64,000 nt of DNA from Tubiluchus corallicola (Eukaryota > Animalia > Priapulida), in contig JAQGDQ010000061.1 of assembly GCA_030141605.1 (NCBI GenBank), forward strand, positions 418,534 to 482,533, read 5' to 3'. A program made the translations under genes and the position numbers. The notes beneath the pieces are model-generated. The model worked only from the letters and a program-made list of their open reading frames with translations. It was not told the DNA's origin and made no database searches. Below are positions 52,774 through 64,000 of this stretch, piece by piece. Within the stretch, counting starts at the first letter, position 1. Every line of letters begins with the position of its first letter.

Positions 52774-53480
52774 CAGGGTGATTTCATAACCTTTTGACAG
52801 AAGTTACAAAAATTACCAGTAACCGTGGAATTCAAAGTGTTGATGAAACAATAAAGAATCTATTTAATTTAATTTGGAAAACTCAGGTATTTTATACAGC
52901 CCACAGTCTTAGGGGGTATGATTTAAGACTAACCTGCAACTCAGGGAACTCATAAGCCTCTATCACATCTTGCAGATGTCTCAAAAGCTTTTCTGTTGAA
53001 TACCAATGAATGGCATGTTCATGTATCATCTTTCCACTCTGCCTTTCAGAATACCTCCAATGCGCTCAGCGGGGCTGAGGTCCAGTGAATTTTCCCGTCG
53101 GTTCCACAAAATTCGAATTTATAAATGTCTAGACTAGTAATACAGATCTAGACACCCAAACCTTTTGTACTAATCACGTCCTGATTTCGTCACAGGCAGT
53201 TGGTCTATAACTGTAAATCACAAGAAAACTTTCTACATACTGTTATTTTTGCTGGGATTACCTAAGCCCACTCGTCTTGCAGCAGGGATAATGTTATTTT
53301 TGATAGAGCAATCTAATCCTACTATATAGCTCTCCTTTAGTACCCCTTTGTTGCTCCTCTCTGTCTCTTCTCTGGTTCTATTTGCTTCAAACCTTTAAGT
53401 AAAGGCACTGTTCACTGAGTGATTCTCTTTTAGAACATGGTTTGTTCTGCTAGAGTGCTCATAGTAGTCAATTCACTAGC
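52774..53480 (-). mobile_element. Tc1/mariner transposon remnant with terminal TA|CAGGGTG
   Basis: The minus strand encodes NSLDLSPAERIGGILKGRVE (Tc1 SPDLNPIE...ILK motif) and KGLG-x-x-ICIT. A TA-CAGGGTG terminus lies at 52772-52780. Confidence 0.7.
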
Positions 53481-54269
53481 TGCTGTATCTTTTGCTAATT
53501 AAATCGCTGTTTTAGCTGCTGTAATTACTAATTAAATCGTTATTTTAGCTGCTGAAATAGAGTCACAAGAATACATTCCATGCAAAAAGTGTATATAACA
53601 GTTTGAATGTTGTTTATTAAACATTACTTTCGCTGAAATAAAAAAATTGTATTCATGAATGTAGATGATGTAGGGCTAGCAGAATCAATTGCCTTATTTA
53701 TGCTTTGTCACAGTTTTGCATTTACTGCAATTATATAGATACAAAAATGAATAACCTAAAAACAAGAAAAGAAACAGAAGCAATAGCTAAAAAATTAATG
53801 AACTTCATTATTACGAATTGAACTAACGCCTTTCGCTACCGTGACTTTCCTCAAGGTGAAGGTATTTTTCTATTCAAATTTAGGTCGTAATAATAGATTT
53901 ATTTGCTTTCCTGATTATCTACTACAGTTATTGTCAATATGTCAGCACGAATTTTCCGCAAAATCCGAAATGCTAATTATTTTACTGCGTTTAAGGAAGC
54001 CAAGCGATGACGTGCGTTTGCTTGAATAATTTTCTCAGCTTACGAAAATAACCGACCACGTGTCGAATGTAACTCTATGGTGTTCATCCTCGAAATCAAG
54101 TGTCTATTTCTTTAACAGAAATATAGGATGGTACATAACTATTTGCTAAAGGGGGGGGCATAAAACAACGAATAACCCTACAGAACAATTTACTACATCA
54201 AAGCATTACTGAAACAATGGATAATCTATCATATCCTCAACATTGTCTGCGAGCGTCTCTTCATATCCT

Positions 54270-54700
54270 GCAGTTTTCAGAGGAATGATCAGGACAACAA
54301 TATGAAAACTCTGGGACTAGTTTTTCAGTTGAACCAAATGGTGTGGAAAGTCATTGGACTTCATTTATACATTTATAGTCCAACAGCCTGTGATGAAATA
54401 AGCACATGACAAAGTACAAAAGGTTTGGGTGTCTGGATGTGTATTACTAGTCTAGGCATATATATATTCCGGATTTTGAGGTACCGAATGGCGTTGAAAT
54501 TCGCTTGACCTCAACCCTGCTAATCACATTGAAGGTACTCTAAAAGAAAGAGTGGACGCTAAGATGATCCATGAACATGCAATTGATCGGTGTTCAACAG
54601 ACAAGCTTGTGAGACATCTGCAATATGTGCTGGAGGATCTTGAGTTCTCTGAGTTGCAGCTCCAATCATGCCTTTTAAGACTGCAGACTATATAAGGTGC
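54270..54700 (+). mobile_element. Second Tc1/mariner remnant, inverted relative to the first
   Basis: 54413-54695 (agtacaaaaggtttgggtgtct...gacctcaaccctgct...gagacatctgcaa...ctgagttgcag) aligns with the reverse complement of 52890-53171. Confidence 0.7.
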
Positions 54701-55059
54701 GCGAGTCTTCCAAATCTTATAAGCTGCCAGTCTCCTTAAGCTGTTAGGGTTTGGGGTAGGGCACCAAGAGGTATCCCAAAAAGGGGCAGAATAAACATAT
54801 TAAAGTACATGGTTAATTTTGCTGCCAAAATGTAGGGGACATTGCGCTCGCTCAGAAAATGCCTAATCTGACGAGGTTGGCTGGGCCAAAGTAGCCTGTG
54901 TGGAACAAACGTCAACAACTCTATCATAAGATACATATAGTCAGTTTTAGTCATTAGTCACAGGTGACACTAGTCCAAATATGAGGAACCAACCCCCCCC
55001 CCCCCATTGTGTAATTTACTGTATTACTGTTAATGTGATTGACAAGTTTAGTTTTTCAC

Positions 55060-55650
55060 TACAATGCTGTGCACTCTAGTCTGGCATTCTTGTACTTGCC
55101 CTTCATCAACAACCCTTGTTGTAATTGCAGGAGGTAACCTTGGAGGCCTCTGGAATGGTTGTCTAGAGAGGCTCGTACATGTCAACTTTGATCTTTACCC
55201 AGACCCAATCTGGAAACAGGGGACGATAATCTGGTTACAAAACACTTACCCCAATAGATAAGTCTTCAGATGTGCTGCTTTAGGATGCTGTTTTCCGTGA
55301 AAACACCAAACTTTCTGGCTTCTTAATAAATAACTAGTGGCATGCCTTGTTAATGTCCTTGGCAGTATGCGCCTTGTCGTGGAGATGCATAGCAAATGGC
55401 TTAATGGTCTACAAGCATGTATGTTCTTTAATTTCGGTTTGGGCAGACGAAATGTCTTTATGGGTCTGGGCAGCTGAGGTAGTGATTTCCACACTGCCAA
55501 ATGTGTCTTCTTGGCATGTCAAAGAAAACAGGAGACTGGGTCACAGCCAATTGTGAAACATTGTTAGTGCATGTGCTTTCTCTGGGGAGCCTGGATCATT
55601 TCATGGGTTCTTTTGAATCGGAAAGACTTTTCTGTCCTGATGGACACTCA
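55060..55650 (-). mobile_element. Academ (AcademX)-like DNA transposon remnant: XPG-like nuclease and Cys-rich C-terminus, disrupted
   Basis: Minus-strand fragments GCDPVSCFL*HAKKTHLAVWKSLP, YEPL*TTIPEASK and KYKNARLECTAL resemble the GCDTVSxFxGxGKK...W / P-x-WTTLPEA / CxCxKAxLxCTALC pattern. Many stops and frameshifts. Confidence 0.62.
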
Positions 55651-57676
55651 CACTTGGGTATTATTATTATTCATTATTCATTTACTTATTTATTTATTCA
55701 GTCAAGAAGGACCATTAAAATTTTACAAAGTGCAACACAAAAAGATACTGACGTGACATTGATAATAATAATTAAATATGTTGGATATGCCTTTTACGTT
55801 CTCATTATCACGTAATTTGGAAATAGACGATGGATATAAGCCTAAATTATTTTGCAACTAAAAATGACCGAAAGAAAAGACGCGCTCTAAGTAGGCCAAC
55901 ACATTGTTAACCAGAATCCAAAGGTGACCGGTTCAAATTTGTAACCTAAGCCCCACGATTTTCACATTCTTTTGGCCAAGTTTAATTTCAAACGTTTAAT
56001 AAAAGTATTAACATTATGACTGATATTATTTTGAAACCGTTTGACACTCTTTCTTTATTATGATTTCACTATGTACGGCGGCAGATTCCTATATCGGATG
56101 GCAAGAGGGACTGATGACAATCATCAATAAATTAACTGTTTAGCAATGGTTTAGGAACGTCCCTTTGTTACGTTTTCTTGCAAACTTGCAGTCACCTTCA
56201 AGTTTATTGATCGCAAATAATTACATACTTGCACTAAACGAATTACTGGATTTGTTGTCTGCTTTACTCCACCGAGACAAGTACATAATCCGATTAATAC
56301 CAGAAATTCTTGGCAAGATCGTTTGATAACTTAGCCTGTGCTTTGATTGGAGGTGGAACAATGGTGTTATCCAGACAACAAATTTCGATGTTCAACGTGT
56401 TTACTAAGCTATTGCTAACTTAGTTATATTGCATGAGCCTTACGAATAGCCAACTAAGGCAAGTCTCATACAATCTAAAATTTAACGTAATCTAGTACAA
56501 ATTGTACGGGAAAAATATACATGCAGCAAACTATGTGACGTAGGCTGTCTCACACGAAATTTGTGGCAGCTTTTTATGTCGAAACTTTGTACAAGTAATC
56601 ACAGTACACTTACTACAAGATGTCTCATGACAAAATGACTGCTTTTTATTTGTCTGGTTTCGTGTGTTGCAAATTTTTGCACCAGGCGCGGCCGCAGCTA
56701 AGGATAAGATGAATATGCGTGAGAGAAATTTAAGCACGCATAACCAAATTCTGCGTGTGGCAAATTTGAAAAACAGCATGTATTGAGCGCGCACACGAGG
56801 AGGTAAAATCTGTGTCACACGAGTTCTTGTATAAAAATTTTATCTTGTGTTCAAGAAAGAAAACGTTTGTGGCTGTAAAAAGAACTATGCTAAATTTCCG
56901 CGGCTATAAATATAAAATGTTCCCCTTTGCTATCGTTAATCATTAGCATTAAAGGAAAGGTTCTCGTTAATGTTAAGCTTAAAAATTTGCAAATCTAATA
57001 ATAAGTAGCCAAATTAAGCCTATCTTTATACATACACGATACATACCTGCGTAATTTCTATACTTACCAATTTAATAGTGGTGTCTAGCCAAATAATCCC
57101 ACAAAGTTTATCAGTTTCGTTTCCACAAGACATTAAATTTTAAACAAACGGGGGCGTTCACTCTTGCAAAATTAATTATCAGGATCTACAGTGTACATGC
57201 TAAAAAGTGGCCGTTCATTCGAATTAAACACTCCACATTCCATGATTTTATAAATGAAATTTGCAAACCATTTACAAATCTAAATTTGGACAATCACATA
57301 ACATTGCACACGTAATCTAATAAAATAATATTCATCCTCGCGTAGGTTCACACAGTCCCGACATGCGCAAGAAGCCACTGATGTTTACAGACTCAAACAG
57401 TTGAAGCTAGTGCCTATCAGGAGTCACAAGTAAACTACGCATGCCTTGGTTATTAGCTGCATAGCAACTGGTAAAATGACTCCAGCTAGAGAGCCAAAAA
57501 GTTTTCTGTTCGTCGTCCATTGATCGTGATTAGTGAGCATCAAACAACGAGCAACAATTAGTTAAAACGCATATAGGCAAAGAACTTTACGAAATACAAA
57601 ACACTATGGCTAAAGCAAGAGGTCATAGGCAGTTGCAATACTCCATCAGGTTTCGGAGCTTAGCTGAATTGTCACG

Positions 57677-58168
57677 AAACCGCCTAGAGTAAGAACCTAA
57701 TCAGTTCTCCCGTCCATTCACTAACCAATCTTTGGGCCATTATTAACAACGCCAGGACCGTTGGACCATGCACCTCGCCTTTAATTACAGCAGGAAAAAT
57801 AACGCAATAAATTTATAGTGTGAGTGAACTAATACTTGGCATGTTGGATTGTTGGTGAACGACTAGGATTGACCTAAGTGAACTCCAAGGGTTGCTGGAG
57901 TTACCGATATTTCCCATTTCCTTTTGCGGGTTCGTGTGTTTTCATTCCATCATTAACTAATGATCATGAAACTAACATTATGAATTATTAATCTGCTTGT
58001 TATTCGTGACTGGGATACAATCTATAAAAACTTATAGTTACTTATTGCGTTATTTCTCCTATTGTAATTAAAGGCGAGGTGCAGTGGTCTCGCCGTCGTT
58101 GAGAATGGCGCGGAGGTTGGTCAACGAGTGGACGGGAGAACCGACTAGATTTTTGCTCTAGGCGGTTT
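57677..58168. mobile_element. Inverted-repeat element with approximately 130-bp arms (MITE-like)
   Basis: 57677-57812 (aaaccgcctagag...ttctcccgtcca...tgcacctcgcctttaattaca...aataacgcaataa) is the diverged reverse complement of 58042-58168. Confidence 0.8.
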
Positions 58169-59341
58169 TATACGCCTTGCTGATTATGGCTGTTTACCTC
58201 GTAGAGCGTGTCATGTTTATAAAACCCAACGTAGCTGCGACATCATTGCCGGTTTCAGTGGCCAAAACTTGATTAATTAATAAGATACTCGCCACGACAC
58301 CCAACTTGATTAAGCCTGCTGTTGTAATCCGAACTGTATAATGAAATTTCACTGTGTGAGAGAATTAGGCTGTAATAATTAATAATCCTAATTTCAAAAT
58401 TATCGGATAATAGTGGACTGTCCACACATTTAATTTCTGAGAGCAGACTTGAGCAAAAAGAAAGGGAGGCTGATCCTTGTTCGTGTAAGAAAGGGCGGAA
58501 ATTTGAAGAAAAATTTAATAGTTTAAAGAGGGAGAAGCCCTGAATGTCCGACGTTCTTAAATTACCCTTTTTTAGTAACCAAAACCGAGAAAACTTGAAT
58601 AAAAAGAGATACGTATTTATATGTAGACCACTGTACTTACTCGTGTTTAAAAACTGCCAAAAAAGAGAAACGATTTATTGTAATGCTAAAATATATATTT
58701 TACAATATTTACATACACAACAACATTAACAACAGTGCAACAAACAAGCAATATTGATCAGCATAATCATCTATGTCAACTAATCTATAAGTAAGCCGTC
58801 TAAACTGTGGAAATGTTCTGTGCTCCCTAAGACACAATATTTAGACATTATCGATGAGTTAGGATGACAGAACGCGTTTATAACATTCGATATTCATTAT
58901 ACCTCGATGAGTCACAAGAGTGTGGTAATGTACGCCATGAACGTTAACTTTACAAGGTCAGAACTACCTACGAATGCGGCTTCGGCAAGTGTTTGAAATC
59001 GCGACAGTTTTATACTTGTAACAGTCCGTGACAGTTCTTGTTTCGCGAGTTGAGTGACAAATGGCCATTCTGGGATTCACGAGCAATTAGACTAGATCAT
59101 TTTTCAAATCACGAATACCGACCTATGAGCTACCTTCCCAAGGCGTAGCTTCCTGTATAGAGAGCTGATGGTCAGCGAAGTCATTAGCAGGCAACGTTCT
59201 TGGCTAATAAGACCCAAGCACCTACTTATTGAATGTTAATGTAATTTTCTCGAGACAGGTGCTTATAAATATTGCACGTCATAACGTGATAATATCCACT
59301 TGGTCTTTGTAGACTATGCCGAGCTACGCTCAGTTTGTCTA

Positions 59342-59736
59342 ATAAGCCTTTTTCAAAGTTCCAGCGATTGATGATGATCGTGAAAGGGTCAAATTTCAAG
59401 TGAATCTAACAACGTTACCTGAACCAAACAAAGCGTTTATACTTGACAGCGACTGCAGCCCATGCTATTGTAATAGTAACAGTTCTTGGCGTTCAGTTAT
59501 TTCATTTTAGGTGAATTGCTGCTACTATTTTGCTAGCTGTTTTCGAAACACAATAACTTGTTAGTTTAAAACTATACACGTGTAGTAATAATAATGTGTT
59601 TCACCCGTTTCAGGTACATGTACTTATGTGCATAAGGTCACGTGACGGTTCTAGTTAAATAAGGCGCGCTTGGTTCACTTAACCTTGACTTATAGCAACT
59701 GCGCATGCGTATAGTGAAACTGCGAAAAAGGCCTAT
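59342..59736. mobile_element. MITE, copy 2 of the 37223 family
   Basis: ataagcctttttcaaagttcc...gaaactgcgaaaaaggcctat; colinear similarity to copy 1. Confidence 0.75.
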
Positions 59737-60842
59737 TGGCTGTCTCATAATGTAGGCGGCGAAGCAATACGCTGTGTTAAAGAAAGAGGTAGGTATAACA
59801 CTAATAATAACAATCTGTTATAGATAATAAAATCTGTAATAATTGCCAAAGTGTTTTGTATGTTTAAAAATTGGCTTAGAAACTTAATTTACTATCCACG
59901 ATGATAGTAATGATGACGCTACATTCTTCCAATTCCCCCGCAGGCACCTTTCATGTGCCGAAAATTGGGTTCAGACAAGTTAAAAAACCTACAGTTTATT
60001 CATAAAGAAAAATTTCACAAAAATCGAGCATTCAAATCCACTTACTTCCCGTATCCATGCAGGTTAAGTATTTTCGTTCATGTTTCTGTATAAAATTACA
60101 ATCAGTTACTCATCGATATTTTTGTGAAAGACTCGATAAGACTGAACTGAATTGAATTGACTGGACTGGATTGGAGTGGAGTGGAATGGCCTTAGATTGA
60201 ATGGACACTTATTTTACCTGACCACAGCCACAGCTCTTTGTGGCTTTCATTTTACTCAAGCAGGTTCACAGGATTCACCAACAAACACTGCTTCGTCATA
60301 GTCAAGATTGTACCTTTGCATCCTGCGAGATATGAGCGAGTCTTTGTGGTCCACAGAGTGGCTTCACTTCTGACATTAGCAAGATTAATAAGAAGCCAGA
60401 TAACAGCACTTACATGCATTGCTTGACATTAAAAATGGATGGTACAGATCTTCTGATCCATATAACACGGTTTTATTGCACGCTTTGCCAGTGTAATTTA
60501 TTTGGTTTGGAAAGCATTTCGTTAAATAGTGACAAATAGCTGGTAAAAAAGTGAATTTTCATCAACGCGTGGCATCAGTTATAGGCGTTGCTTCATGTTA
60601 AAGTTCATAATTCACTGCTTTGACGACTGATTACCTCAAGCTAAGTACTAGTGACCCAATCCGCTATTATACATCTTGGGGACGATAAAAGTAATTATTA
60701 CACGTTTAAAAAAGGAAACAACGGTAAGCATTAAGAAAAATAACTCTAAAATACATTAACTTAAAAAGGTGATTTTACCCAAGTTAACTGGACCTTAATC
60801 GGGAGACCATCACCAAAGTGTGTGCTTGACATTTCTTCGCGT

Positions 60843-61320
60843 CATGAGTTCATGCTAAAAAGTAAAATTTGCAATAAAACGGTTCGCGCCTCCAAAGCAT
60901 TCACAATTTTCACTTCAACTGAAATGCAAATTTCACCATTTGCACAATTGCGTTTACCGTCTACATAAACGATTTCATTTTTTTGCACAAATAAAATTAC
61001 ATTTTTTGCAATTGAAATTACCTTATGCACAATTGATGACTTCACATTGTGTTCAGTTATTTTCAGCTTTCACGCAAATGATTTCACTTTTTCTGTTATT
61101 TAAATTACTTTTTGCAAAAATGAAGTTACATTTGCACAATTGTTTCCACTTTTTATACAAAACGATTTCACTGTTAGCACAATTAAATTTTTTGCACAAA
61201 ATTACTAATTGTAAAGTTGAAATCAACTTTTGTGTACTTGAAATTACCTTTTGCACGTAAAATAATGTGGAGAAACGTCGATTGAAAAATCCAGGGACCA
61301 CAATGAGCGACGAATTCATG
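60843..61320. repeat. Degenerate minisatellite-like array of tttgcacaa/atttcac motifs with weak terminal inverted repeats
   Basis: Recurrent ttgcacaa(a/t) motifs 60940-61260; ends catgagttc / gaattcatg. Confidence 0.55.
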
Positions 61321-63894
61321 CCTGCTTATCGACTTAAAACGTTTCATCTTTCTACATGAATAGTACATGATTATACGTTAACATTAAAGACAGATGCTTA
61401 ATCCAAGACGTATACGGTATTTGCCTAATATTATACGGTATCTCACGGTGACGAAATACGGTATAGAAGTCTTGGCTAAACCCCAAAACGTGGTTAGAAA
61501 ACACTCTATTAGAACTATTTGAACAAAAAGTGTCTAAAGTTTTAGTTTTGGGCCTGTGTTATACAACAAGTTGATGAACAAGAAAATATATATTGCAGAT
61601 TTGCATAGATTAATCTGCGGAAAATAGTAAGAACGCGGAAATATTTCTTGGTTACAGTCATTGCTGTGGGGTATTGTGACACCGATGATGATGGTATTGA
61701 TGTTATCAGTAGTTGCCATTATTGTCGTTGTCGTTGTGTTGTTGCTACTGCTTTTGTTGCCTTGCTATTATATCTGCTATTGTTGATGTTTGAAAATAAG
61801 TTAGTACATTTCTGAAACTTGCTACTGTCACAAAAGAGCAATACGTCAAACTTCTTCTCAACGTGCAAAAATAATCTTTATTTTCTCCTGAAGTTTTCGT
61901 CCCTCACGGTCATTCATCAGCTGCCCAGAGAAATACAATACTAAAATTAGCATATAGTTTTTTTAAACAACGTCTTACTCGTAATTGTGAAAAAACTACA
62001 AATAAAATGAAATATGATACCTTTGCTTTTGTAGTTGTTATTGTTGTTAATGTTGTTATCGTTGTTGTCAGCGCGACTATTACTGCTACTACCTCGTTTC
62101 AGAAAAAAACGCAAGAGATTTCCTGTAGTAATGGAAGCCCATCAGATTTCCCTGTAATAAGTCGCTCAGTAAGATAACGCCTGGCGTTACTCAGAGCATT
62201 TAACCAATATTCTAGTTTTGAATCGTTATCGTTTTGCACGATCATTAATCAATCAACAGTCACTAATCACTAAATAGTTAGTTTCTATATCTCGGCAGTG
62301 AAAGCGCAGTTTTAGATGATAACAATACCATTCAATAAATATCAAAGCAAGATTGGACACACAAAACCCAATTTATGTATAACTATTAATTATTGACAAA
62401 AATGAAATAAAATTTCGTAATTGTAAACAATTTTAAACAAATGCTTTCCATAGAATCAATCCTACATTATCAAACCTGTGCTACATTTTTCATTATGAGC
62501 TTGCTTTTGGCTAACTGCGGGCCAGTAATAATTAAATCATGGGCATAAAAGTTACTGGAGGGTGCATTTGTAAGCCAAATATTTATGAAGACAAAATTAA
62601 ATACTAAGCATACTTTGCGCTCTGCATGATTCTTTGCATTTATTACGCCCTGACTCTCTTATTGCTCATTTGTTTATTGTCATTATTATTATCCAATATT
62701 TAGATTATGACACGTTCAAGGTCAGCGGCAAATCTCCACCAAGTCTTATGCAACTGTTAAGTAAACTATGAACATTCGATGAAATATCGATATACGATCA
62801 CTAATCAATAATTGACGAAAAGTGCCAGAAATGCATATAGAAGTATGTTGCAAAATGCAGCTGAACTTTCTCTTTCAGAGATCTTAACACTGGTGTTTCC
62901 TTTTTTCGATTGATCAATTATCGATCAATAAAACGATAACGAAGTAGTTATCAGTAATCCCTAATCTAGAAGTATCTGTATCTTGGAAAGGTCCGCACAG
63001 TAAAGGTAGGGTCATCCTTATTCGCCGGGGAAGAAAAAAAATCCAATAGATCCACGATCGAAAATAAATAAAAAGCACTAACATGCTTAAGACATTGAAC
63101 AGCAGCTCCGGAAAAATAATTGCAGTCCTGTGGGCTTGGCTTATCATTATTGTTGCTATAAGTGTCACCGTCGCTGTTATTGTTGTGGTCAATAATCTTC
63201 GATTGACAGCGGTAGTAGCGCTATTAGATGTAGCAAAAGTGATGGAAATTTACAAGTTTTGTTCTGTGCTTTGGCAGTGCTTCGCCCCGCAAAATAATTA
63301 AGATCTTGCGAAACGCGTTTGGTTTCACAGATGAAATCAGTAAAAACATCAAAGCTAACACACAGTTTGTTTTTAAGTGTAACTGTTTTTAACTGTAACT
63401 TACATGAAAATTTGTCGATAAAGTCGGGCGATCAGTTTGTTGTGTGATCAATTTAAATAATGAAAGTCTGCAATTTTCTCGCATAAAGCAATATGGACTG
63501 CAAAACAATCAAGAAGACCTTAGCATTAAAACAATGGCGCTCTCATTGGTGATTAAATCAAGCGTCGTGTAGCACAGTCTAGGTTTAATAATTCTCCATA
63601 ATTATAATGAGGTCCACAGTTTTTCAGCGTCTCCTTTCTCAAACTCATTGCCCGCGGTGAGGAATAATTGGTAAATTAAACCGCAATGGTTTATAAAATT
63701 CGACAATCACTGTCATTATTAATTACTGTAAAAGGTATTTTTGTGACTTACCGCTCAGGATGTACAGAGTCCTGGACCCATTGTGTTTATGTCAACACAA
63801 TTTGTTTAAACTTTTCGACGCTTGTAAATTTGTTGTGGCTGTAGCAGTTGTTGTCGTTGTAGTTTTGCCTGTGATTATTGCTATTGGTAACAAT

Positions 63895-63918
63895 AATGAT
63901 AATGATGATGATGATAAC

Positions 63919-63969
<51 letters not shown>

Positions 63970-64000
63970 AACGATGATGATGATGATGATGATGATGATG
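63895..64000. repeat. (GAT)n microsatellite running off the window end
   Basis: Directly visible. Confidence 0.97.

Noticed and set aside
62914-63301. Two overlapping hydrophobic ORFs on opposite strands
   Set aside because: Short, no recognisable motif, and hydrophobicity is expected from T-rich low-complexity DNA.

Overview
AT-rich, repeat-dense animal (invertebrate-like) nuclear DNA with spliceosomal GT-AG introns; no prokaryotic features. Three protein-coding genes can be reconstructed by hand. (1) A minus-strand multi-exon gene (coding exons about 6092-6182, 3872-4159, 3047-3175, 1637/1670-1968) for a secreted or surface protein with a signal peptide, acidic Thr/Ser linker, SUEL/Gal_Lectin-type domain and the start of a CUB domain; it runs off the left edge. 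(2) A plus-strand two-coding-exon gene (18234-19603 + 22227-22308, about 483 aa) for a cysteine-free, Ser/Arg/Gln-rich secreted protein with no family I recognise. (3) A rhodopsin-class peptide GPCR of the vasopressin/GnRH/CCAP/achatin receptor group (31322-32812, minus), with an uninterrupted CDS and atypical TM6/TM7 motifs, convergent with gene 2. The rest is introns and intergenic DNA containing decayed LINE, tRNA-SINE, Tc1/mariner, Academ-like, Helentron-like, MITE and foldback-type elements, tandem duplications and long compound microsatellites. Most ORFs in the supplied track are microsatellite artefacts or chance ORFs. No clear-cut novel system is demonstrable from sequence alone. The best leads are the orphan secreted protein next to a divergent peptide receptor, the divergent SUEL-CUB protein and a head-to-head twin tRNA-like repeat. 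All family assignments are from motif recognition by eye, not database searches.
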